From: Wallemia ichthyophaga EXF-994
Taxonomy: Eukaryota > Fungi > Basidiomycota
Assembly: GCF_000400465.1 (NCBI RefSeq)
Contig: NW_008806275.1
Span: 459,656-491,655, forward strand
Length of the DNA stretch: 32,000 nucleotides
Reading direction: 5' to 3'
In this document: positions 8,541 to 18,682 of the stretch, in pieces
Layout of the letters: the number at the start of each line of letters is the position of its first letter
How positions within the stretch are numbered: the stretch's first letter is position 1
Position numbers and translations under genes: made by a program
Notes under the pieces: model-generated
The model's database searches: none
The model's input: only the letters and a program-made list of their open reading frames with translations
What the model was told of the DNA's origin: nothing

Positions 8541-11021
8541 CTACTTCTTCTCTGCTTGCTTCTTCCTATAATCTTCAACCATCTTCATTTGGATGTTTGG
8601 TAAGACTGGCTGGTGGTCCTTGTACTCCATTGAGAACTCCCCTTTGCCTTGAGTGAGACCTCTGATATTCGACGAGTACCCAAACATATCGTTCAGAGCT
8701 ACTTCACAGATGAGTGTAAATTCTTCATCTCTAATCTCTGTGTCTATGATAGTACCTCTTCTTTGATTGATCCCGCCAATAACCGATCCTTGGAACTCTA
8801 TTGGAGCTACTATCTCCACCTTCATGATCGGCTCAAGAATCACTGGTGATGCTTTATGGAACGCGTCTCTGAACGCTCCAGCTGAGGTGATCCTGAATGC
8901 CATTTCAGACGAATCCACAGGATGGTGAGCACCATCTTCGACAATCATCTTCACTCCTGTCGTGTTATGTCCAGATAATGCACCTTTAGCCAGAGCGTCG
9001 TGGAATCCCTTCTCAATTGAAGGCATGTAGTTGTTAGGTATGTTACCACCAGTAACTCTATTCTCAAATCCAACGTCTTTGCCATTCTCATCCACACTCA
9101 TTGGCTCTAACCTACCAATCATCTTACCGAATTGTCCAGCACCACCCGATTGTTTCTTGTGCGTGTATGCGAACTCTGATGACTGCGTGATGGTCTCCCT
9201 GAATGCTACCTGAGGTTTACCCACTTGGCAGTCGACTCTGTACTCTCTTCTCATTCTTTCGACATAAATATCCAAGTGTAGCTCACCCATTCCGCTGATA
9301 ATTGTCTCTTGCGACTCGCTATCAACGTGCACTCTAAATGTCGGATCCTCCTTCTGGAATCTGTTTAAAGCCTTACTGAAATTTGGCGTCTCCTGTCCAC
9401 TTGGTTTGATGGACAACGACACGACAGGATCTGGTACGAACATGTTGGTCATTGTGTATGAAGTAGTGCCATCAGTGAAAGTGTCACCTGAGCTACACTC
9501 TACACCGAACATAGCGCAAATTTCACCAGCACCGATTGAGTCGACATCCTCCATATCGTTACTATGCATTCTCACCAGCCTTGGTACTTTAACCTTCTTG
9601 CCCGTGCGAGCATTGAAGATGACGCCGCCTCTCTTCAAGACACCCTGGTAGACTCTCATATATGTCAATTGACCGAATCTGCCTTCTTCGAGCTTGAAAG
9701 CGAGACCGACGAGTGCAACGTCAGATGCTGGTATGACTTGGACGGGTGGACTGTTGACTGGCAGCTTAGTATCAGTCGCTTCGACAGCGACCTCGGATGG
9801 ATCGGGCAGGTATGCACAGACACCGTCAAGCACAGGCTGAACACCTACGTTCTTGAATGCACTGCCGACATATACGGGTGTGAATTTACGCGTGATTGCC
9901 GCTCTACGTATACCAGCAGCGAGGTCGTGGTTACTGATAGGCTCCTCCATAATGAGTTTGTCTCCAAGAACCTCGTCTGCGTCACAAATTTGCTCAACGA
10001 GTTCTTGTCTCTTTTGCTCGGCGAACTGCTTGAGATCAGCTGGGATCTCATCAGTCTCGACGACATCCACACCCTTGTATCCGTGGTTGTAGATAGCCTT
10101 CCATCTCACAAGATCAACAACTCCTCTCAGATTGTCCTCTGCTCCAATTGGTACCTGCACAGCTGCAGCGTTCAATCTGAGTTTCTGTCTGATTTGGTCA
10201 ATCACTCTCCATGGATTCGCTCCTGCTCTGTCCATCTTGTTGATAAAACAGACACGAGGGACATTGTAGCGCTTCATCTGTCTGTCGACGGTGATAGTCT
10301 GCGATTGGACACCTGAGACTGCACACAGAACCAATACTGCGCCATCGAGTACTCGTAATGCTCTTTCAACCTCTATAGTGAAATCGACGTGTCCGGGCGT
10401 ATCAATGATATTAATAGCGTAGCGCTCCTTCTCGCCTCCCTCGCCCATACCGTCTTTTTCACCAGTAAGAGATCTTTCAAGAGCGGGTGGAGTAGCTTCC
10501 CAATCACAGAATGTGGCAGCCGATTGAATAGTAATTCCCTTCTCTCGTTCCAGCTCCATATGATCCATTTTGGCACCAACGCCGTCTCTTCCTCTGACCT
10601 GAATGGTGTGCGATTAGGTGGGCCTTATCTGGCGCAAGCAGACGCACCTCGTGGATATCCTTTACTCTGCCAGTGTAGTAAAGCACGCGCTCTGTGAGTG
10701 TTGTTTTTCCAGAATCTGTAATCCATTTGAGCAAATGGAGCGAGAAGACAACCAAGGCAACCCACCAATGTGAGCGGATATACCGATGTTGCGCTGTTTG
10801 CGCAATCTGGCTAGATCGATATCAGTCAACTCTACAGCTTCTGGCGGTGGTTGGTTTGATGTTGGCGCAGAAGAAGCCCATCTGAGTATATGTGATGGGG
10901 TGGCAGCAGCAGGCATAGCGCCAGGTGTGCCAATGCGCATCTGAGATACGGTGGCTCTAAGTACTCCACTGAGCGCTCCACTGCGAGCTACTCTGCTCAC
11001 TCTCGCCGCTCTGCTAATCAT
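8541..11021 (-). CDS. MEF1: Mitochondrial elongation factor G1; 3 exons (11021-10766, 10715-10648, 10598-8541), 793 aa
   Basis: Arg/Ser/Ala-rich presequence; RNIGISAHI|[41 protein letters not shown]. Introns of 50 and 49 nt. Confidence 0.97.
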
Positions 11022-11140
11022 AATGCTCGACTTGAAGGAAGAGGCGTCTAATTTGAAATTGAAAAGGGATAGAAATACAAAGTCAGGACTGTTCCATCCA
11101 AATAAAGCATTTATTATTCGTCATTTTTTGGTCTCGTTAT

Positions 11141-12738
11141 TTATTTTGATAGCGCTGAAAACACCTCTCCCGCTCTCACAGCGCCTACAGAGAGAAGACT
11201 GTCTGAGAGTCCGTGAGACTGTTCATTCTGACCAAGACAGAACACGCGTGGTTTAAACACTTCCTCACTCTCCGGCGCAACGTAGTAATTACGCTCAACC
11301 AATGGTGGCACCTTAGCGCTGGGCTCGAGTTGCGCTACAGACAGAGCTGTCTTCAGTTTAGGTAGGTATGGCGACACGTCTCGCAAAAACTCCAGCTGCG
11401 TTGGTGGACGCTCATATCCAGTTCCTAAAAAGACGGCATCATACTCTTTTGATACTGGTGTCTCAAGATTTTCACGGTCGTTAAAGTCCAGCGTAGATTG
11501 TATGTCAAGTATCGTACGCTTACCGTTGAGCTTAACGGCTGTCACTTTGCTGTTTGACTTGATGTTGTATTGCGCTGCTGGGATGGGCAGTCCTGCATCT
11601 CTGGCTATGTCCTCCTTCACCCGCTGCTTGTAAAGAAGCTTGTAGAGCCCTTCGAGAAGCTCCGGTGCAACACACGAGTAATTGGCCCTCTTAAACTCTT
11701 CTAAGCGCTCCATCCTGGCTTGTGGAGTGAGTCTGTTGAACTCATCCGTCGAAGCTGGATCGAAAGCTCTAGCATTGACGAACGGACTGTCATCAGCTGG
11801 GACGAGTGCCGAGGCTCTGTAGATAAGATCGACGTTGGCATTTGGATAGCGATTGATGAGGTCGTTGTATACCTGCCAATTTTGTCAGTCAATGTTTACT
11901 TCAGAAAATCAACCCACCTCTGCTGAGGACTGTCCTCCACCAATAACTGCAAAGCTGCCATTAAACTCTGTGTTCTCTTCATGGTGACCAAACAAGTATC
12001 TGAGTGTAGGAAGGTATTGACATGTGTGAGTTATCGCATTGTTTGCTTTTTCAGCAGTGGAGAAGACTTGTGGAATCTTAGGTATAGCGCCTACTCCGAC
12101 AGAGATGTTTCGCGTGTATCTTACGTGGATAGTCTCAGTAGGATAGTGTACCGACGTGACACGAAGTTTGTGCACCTTAGTGTCCTCAATGACTGGCTCG
12201 ACATTGAGAACGCGAGTGGAGTATTCGACCACGTCACTCAACCTTTCAGCAGCCCAAGTAAGGTATGCTGCCCATTCAGTACGAGACGGCGTCCAGCATC
12301 CGATATTCGAGAAACCGGCTAAACGATCAATACCATGAGAGTGAAGGTAGTTGACGAAGGTGTAAGTTGAAGCAGGGTTACGGAATGTTGCGAGATCCTT
12401 TAGAAAGCTAATTTGCATCCTAGATGCAGGTAATAAAAGTGGAGCATGCCTATTTTTCGGTGTCAGACAACTTTATCTTATCTGATCAGATAAAAATTAT
12501 TCCGCAGAACTCACCAGCTGAATTCATCCTTAACTTCCATAAAGAGACATTTTTCACTTTCGCTGCTGCTCTCTTCATGTGCGATAGCGAGTGCGAGATG
12601 TGTCGGACCCAGACCGACTCCAATCAAATCATATAAGCTGTCATCCTCGACGCGAGGGAAGCGCTCAATGCTTGGAATAGGCGTAGAGGGAACGCTGTTA
12701 GGTGGTGTGGTCAAGCCGCTTGGAGGTTGTGCAAACAT
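11141..12738 (-). CDS. sidA: L-ornithine N5-monooxygenase (SidA/Sid1/PvdA family, hydroxamate siderophore precursor); 3 exons (12738-12515, 12449-11918, 11872-11141), 495 aa
   Basis: FAD motif YDLIGVGLGP; W|HAPLLLPASRMQISFLKDLATFRNP; NADPH motif AVIGGGQSSAE; DDSPFVN; ANYSCV; DAVFLGTGY; HGLSDSLLSV. Introns 12514-12450 (65 nt) and 11917-11873 (45 nt). Confidence 0.93.
12478..12493. promoter_or_regulatory. Perfect 16-bp palindrome TTATCTGATCAGATAA (two overlapping ATCWGATAA iron-GATA sites) inside sidA intron 1
   Basis: Read directly from the sequence. ATCWGATAA is the established SreA/Sre1-type consensus. An extra TTATC abuts it at 12473-12477. Confidence 0.7.
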
Positions 12739-12863
12739 CGTCTGTCGTCTTCGTCAACGCTGACTTCTTCTTTATGAGAGCAGGAACTGCGAGCAATACT
12801 TACACAATCTAGAAGATCGTAAGCATTTAGGTATACTTGATGATACATACGCCTACTTACATC

Positions 12864-13083
12864 TTTATAAAATGTCCTAGGATAAGGATCAATATCAAGA
12901 AATTATCAATCTAATCACGATCAGATTTTTTTTATCCATCTGGTGCCTGGCATTGGAATACCCTATCGGCCTTTTCGGTCTATGGGCAAATTTACCGACT
13001 AAAGTTTGTCCTTCCAGGAAAATGCAAGTTCTGTGATCTGATAAGCATGTCTGATCTCTTATCCGTCTTTCGAGATAAGATAA
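12864..13083 (-). promoter_or_regulatory. sidA promoter: TATAAA plus a cluster of GATA sites including an exact ATCTGATAA
   Basis: TATAAA on the minus strand at 12869-12864. GATAA/TTATC at 12881, 12903, 12932, 13040, 13059, 13074 and 13079; ATCTGATAA at 13036-13044. Confidence 0.7.
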
Positions 13084-13316
13084 TAATCACTTAGATCGTA
13101 CCTGAACTCGCTAATTTACTGTGTTTGCGCATAAATTAAGTACATTAGCCCTCTCATATTCTGTTATATAATCGGAGCGCGGCAGGCTTTTTCGCATAAA
13201 ACAAGATTATATTAAAGGGTTCTCCGAAGTCACACCATCTGACAGTTCAAATTTGAAGTGATTATATAGCTACATGAATACATTGATATAAGTACATCTA
13301 AAAAACACCGCCAAGT

Positions 13317-16300
13317 CTAAGCTCTAGCTCCTCTACTACGTTTACCTGTTGTTGCACCTGCAGAGACAGCAAGGCTCCTTCTTGGTGCATTTCCGGTCAT
13401 TCTCGTTTCAGTCCGCTAAGACCCCAAAGTCAGTATCGCCTGAAGCACCATATAAGAAAATACACCCACTTCAATCAAAGATGTTCCGTCCCTGAATCTA
13501 GCTCTAAATATAACATTGGCGTTGGAGAATAGTCTGTGCGTTCAGTCGGTTAGATGGTGGGCGGAAAATATCATATGAACGTCCTTACCCTTCTTTAAGA
13601 GAGACGACGATGAATTGCGAGCCTCTGAATCTGTTTCTAAATAGATGACCAATGTGCTAAAACATCTACATTAGCCCAAGTCACCACTCAATTGTTATGA
13701 ACACACCTGCGTGTGCGACAAATCGAGCGCTGCATCGATCTCATCTAGAATGTACATCGGTGCAGGACGGAACTGCAACAAGCTCATAATGAGAGAGAGA
13801 GCAATCAGAGATCTGTTGAGATAGTTAGAGAAGACCCTTCAGATATGCATGATATTGCCTACCTCTGACCACCCGACAATTCAGTCAGCGACTGCTTCCA
13901 TATCTGACCAAGTCTGACCTTGACTTCCAATCCTTGCGTGAGTTCTTTACCTTCAGGTGGCTGCAACTTTGCAAAGTTTCCTGGCAAGAGTTCGGCAAAA
14001 ATTTCACCAAAGTCCTTATTCACAATCTTCCAAGTAGACTGCAGAGCTTCCTTCTTGTAGTGATCCAACTCATGAATAGTATCTTCAATCTTTTCCTTAT
14101 CACCGAGGATGGTCTCCATCATTGTCTTGAGCGCCTGTTCTCTCTTTTCGACGGTATCGATCATAGTCATAACTTTACCGTTAATTTTGTTCTTTTGCGA
14201 CTTTTGAGACTCAGTCAGCTCATTCCGTTGTTTAGACGCTTGCTGAATGTTGATTTTGTGAAAGTCGTACACTGAGCCCTCCCTTCCGAATTCATCCTGC
14301 TCGTCCGATATCCAATCGTAGGATTTATCAAGTGCTTTGAGAAGAGCTGCATGTTTCTTGGATGCTTCCTTGGCATTGGCTACCTCCTTATCGACCGTTT
14401 TAAGCGATTGCGTGCCGGACTGGATGTTAGATTTCATCGTGGAGAGCGATACTTCTAAAGCAATTAGCTCATCTTTGTAGGTGTCTAGTTGATTCTTCTC
14501 TTTATTAAGTTTGGCTTCAGTCTGGTCATGCTGTTTCTGCTTTTTGTTGATTTCATCGTCAAACACCTTCAACTCAGCTTCTGCACTAGCTAAACCTTCA
14601 ACTGCCTCTTTATGCTCATCCATACAGCCATCTCTATCTACACCCAGCTGCTCAAGTTCTAGCTGTGCAGTTTGCACCTCCTTTTGCTGGCCTTTGATAG
14701 AGGTCGATTGTTTTTGCACATTCTTACGACGCTTTGCTACGTCCGCCTTCAGCTCTTCCAGCTTACCCCCTCTATCATTCTTGAACTCTTCCATTTCTCT
14801 CTCCAGCTTGTCACAGTCCTTTGTGGCCTGTGACTCTCTCTCCTTGGCCTTTTTGGCTGTAACTTCAGCATCCTCCAATGACTTCCTCAACTCTTCAAGA
14901 TCATTTTGAAGTCTAGTAGAGCTGCTTCCATTTAGCTGTTCCTCCAACAGCTCCAGCTCATGCTTCTTGAGATCGTGTTCACGTTTCAACTTTGTGTTGC
15001 GACTCTGCTCGCTCGACAACTTGCCAATCTCATCCCTGATACCCTTAAGCACACTCTGAGCATCCCTCAGTTTGATGTTTGCATCCCTCAATGTCTGAGC
15101 TCTGACTAGGATACCTGATCCGGATGGGGCGCTACCACCACTGAGCACACCTGAGGGATCGTAGACATCGCCCTTCAATGTCACACTCCTTGATTTGACA
15201 TTTGGATGGAAGGTAACTTTCTGAGCTGTCTCTGCATCTGCGCACACCAAAGCTTCACCGAAGACATACATCATCGCAGTAGCAACTTCTGGCTCAGAAC
15301 CTACCAAGGAGATGGCAGAGTGTACTTTCCCTGGAGCAAGCTTTTCAGCTGTTGACAGCTTCTCTGCTGACATTGTTGACGGCTTGATTTTGTTAAGCGG
15401 GATAATCGTGACACGCTTACGAAGTTGTCCTTTTTCAAGCAAAGCTGTTGACACCTTCTCATCTTCTACGACGACCTGCATGTAGTTAAGTTTAGGTAGT
15501 TGGATTTTGATAAAACTCACATTGTATAAACGTCCACCAGCACATACTTCCAACGCCGTTGCAAATTGTGTGTTCTTGGAATCCAAGTCTATCAGATTGG
15601 CCACCAAGCCGTGCACCTTTGAGCGATCAAAGTTCGGATATGGATTGCTGTATGAGAAGTCTAATGCTGACATTGAACCCTTGAGACGCTCACACTGCTC
15701 TGCAAGACCATTGACGTTCTTAGCTTGCTCCTTCTCTTCAGATTGAAGGGATTGTATCTTTTCCTCATCCCAGTCAAGACTATTTAGCTCGTTGACAAGT
15801 TTCTCGAAGGCACTCTTAACTCTAGTTATTTGTTTTGAGAGCTCCTCAGAATCAGATGTAGTGTCTTTGACTCGCCTCTCTTTGTCTTTGATTTCCTTCT
15901 TCAAGTGATCCTTCTTAACTTGAGATTGCTGGTATTCTGTCGCACCTTGAGTTGCTCTAGACTTGGCTTCTTGCATCTGACCCAAGAAACCACCAGCACC
16001 AGTGTCGTCCTTTGACGATGAAGCCAGACCGGTTTGCAGTGTCTGAAGGAGTTCTTCAGCTTTAGCTAAGGCGTCAACTGAACTTTGGTAGGATTCATCG
16101 ACAACCTTGAATTTGTCGGTGGTGGACCTGGTTGTCTTTTCTTTATCTTTGTAAGTTTTTTCTGACGACTCAACGGATTTTAGTAGTCCCTCCATATTCT
16201 TTTTTTCTTCAATGATATTTTCCCTCTTTATATCAGCTTGGGCACGAGACTTGACCAGTTCGGTAGACAGCTGCTTTACAAGCTTGTCTAGTTCAGCGAG

Positions 16301-17336
16301 CTTTCCATCCTTAGCTAGCTCCTTCTGCTGAGCTTCCCTGATGTCCTTAATCTTATCCTCATACATGGTTTTGTCTCTTTTCCATTGCTCAATATCTCTT
16401 TTTAACTGCTCATTTGAGTCCTTGACTCTTTTAACATCAGCATCAGCATTGGTGACTGATTTCTGGTGGTAGCACCAATCATGCGCAACAACCAGTCTAT
16501 CCAGGCGTTCCAACTCAGCAGAAGCTTTCTGGTAAGACAAGTAGGCTGACTTTTCAGAACGCAGCTTATCCAAACGAGGGATGATCTCCTCCTTGAGTTG
16601 AGATTCAATCTCAGCGACCTTCCTTTGTTTCTTCTCCATGGTCTTGTATGCTTTCTCCTTCCTATCCTCATACATACGCGTACCGGCAGCTTCCTCCACC
16701 ATAGAAAGAATTTCCTCTGGCTTCATGTTGAGCACCTTGGTAATTTTACCCTGCATAATAAGGAAGTTGGGGTTGTTGATGTTGAGTTGCACGGATTGGA
16801 AGAGAGAGTGGACAGAATTGAGATGAGATTTGTGGCCATTGATGAGGTATTTAGATATACCGCCCATAGCGATCTATAAATCGCGTCAATTTATCGCAAA
16901 ACGCGTAAAAATGAACTCACTTGTCGCGTCACGCTGATAGACGAAGCAGCTTCATAACCAACGGGGCTCTTACTTTTGTCTGAGTTATCGAAAACTATCG
17001 TAACGCTTGCTTTGGTGATACCCGCTTGGCCTCGCTTGTAAATGAGATCTTGGAGGTTGCTGGCTCTGACTGTCTGTAGATTTGTCAAGCCGAGTACGAA
17101 ACAGATGGCGTCAAGGATGTTTGATTTTCCTTGAAGGATTTGTTAGATGTTTACATTACAACCTAATCACCCACCAGATCCATTCAATCCTGTTATCGCG
17201 TTGAATGAGCTATCCCAACCACTTATAACTGTACGATTGACAAAACTCTTGAAGCCCTCTGCATAGGTATATCTCAGCTAACACTAGAGCGATTATCCAA
17301 TCAAATCTCACCAATAATAAGCTCCTCCACACGCAT
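13317..17336 (-). CDS. SMC2: Condensin SMC2 ATPase; 9 exons, 1206 aa
   Basis: MRVEELII|[15 protein letters not shown]|[14 protein letters not shown], hinge region, LSGGQR|[30 protein letters not shown]|GLF. Introns 17311-17259, 17174-17130, 16920-16874, 15520-15476, 13862-13813, 13706-13657, 13588-13534 and 13469-13416 give a total CDS divisible by 3. Confidence 0.96.
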
Positions 17337-17366
17337 ATTATGATTGTCAGTACACAAGAAGCCAAC

Positions 17367-17372
17367 ACGCGT
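17367..17372. promoter_or_regulatory. Candidate MCB element (ACGCGT) about 30 bp upstream of the SMC2 ATG
   Basis: ACGCGT in the SMC2/ERV29 divergent intergenic region; a single hexamer, so weak on its own. Confidence 0.4.
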
Positions 17373-17639
17373 TTTTTGAAGGAAAAACAGAGATCAATTT
17401 GTTCTATATAATGCTTCAGTAAATAATAATATTTCAGAGATGTCAGTCACATTCCTATCTTTTCTGGGTTGTTTAGATGCGGCTGCAGTTCTAGTGTTGG
17501 GAGGTAGAGAGCAGCGGAGGTGTAATGATGTACCCATGATAGCAATCCCACGCCTAAAATACCCAATAATTTTCAAGAAATTACCGAATTGAATTTCGAC
17601 GTCACTGCTAGATTTACAGCTCAACTACCATCTGTCATT

Positions 17640-18600
17640 ATGTCCCAAAGGTTTAACGCCGGTGCAGGGCCAAGCTACGCAGCAGCAGCCAATCCAAGCA
17701 CCCAGTATGATCAAAATTCCTCCGGTGGCGGTCCATTGGGCAACCTCAAAGAAGTTGCCAGCAAAGTGGGTCAACTCACGCATACACATACGTATCTCAC
17801 AGAATTACGAAAAGTTTGAAGACTTCATTGACACCTACACACAAGGTCTCAAACCTTATCTTCCTGCCTTCGGTAGATTTCTCATTGTCGTCACTTTCAT
17901 TGAAGACGCCTTGAGAATATTGACGCAATGGAAGGATCAGATGTGGTATTTGCAGAGACATCGCCATTTCTTTTGGATCTTAGCTTTCAGTTTCCTCGTT
18001 ATTAACGTTGTCGTTATGTTGGCTTGTTCATTTTTGGTGGTTAGACGCCAGCACGCTTTATACGCAGTTGGAGGATTACTTGGTGTTGTCGTCGTTCAAG
18101 GTTTCGGCTATGGCCTCATTTTCGACTTGAACTTCTTTTTGAGAAACCTTTCCGTGATTGGTGGTCTCATGATGGTTCTATCTGAATCATTCATCAAGAA
18201 GAAGAACATCTTCGCTGGCCTGCCTTCTATTTCTGAAACTGACAAGCGCAAGTACTTCCAATTAGCTGGCAGAGTTCTCCTCGTTTTCCTCTTTATTGGC
18301 TTCGTCGTTCAGGGCGAGTGGTCACTCATCCGTATCATCTTCTCCGTCATTGGATTGCTCGCTGTCACCTTGGTTGTCGTCGGCTTCAAAACCAAGTGGT
18401 CTGCTACCTTCCTCGTTCTCCTCTTATCTATCTTCAACATCCTCATCAACAATTGGTGGTCTATGCATCACGCCCACCACCAGCGTGATTTCCTCAAGTA
18501 TGACTTCTTCCAGACTCTCTCTATTGTCGGTGGTTTACTCTTGCTCGTCAACATGGGTCCAGGTGGCATTTCTGTTGATGAGAAGAAGAAAGTTTACTAG
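17640..18600 (+). CDS. ERV29: Erv29/SURF4 ER-to-Golgi cargo receptor; 2 exons, about 303-307 aa
   Basis: LKPYLPAFGRFLIVVTFIEDALRI, FFLRNLSVIGGLMMVL, RDFLKYDFFQTLSIVGGLLLLVNMGPGGISVDEKKKVY with a C-terminal dilysine signal. The intron starts at 17766 and ends at 17814 (AAG) or 17802 (CAG). Confidence 0.95.
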
Positions 18601-18682
18601 TTTCTTCTTTGATAGTCGTGTTCAAGTTAATTGTTAATGCTAAAATACAAATTATAAATACTACTTTTGCTATATAGGCGCT

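Noticed and set aside
6064-10316. Antisense ORFs 6064-6684 and 9564-10316 (over 200 aa)
   Set aside because: They lie opposite WHI2 and EF-G and are explained by codon bias on the sense strand; no recognisable motifs.
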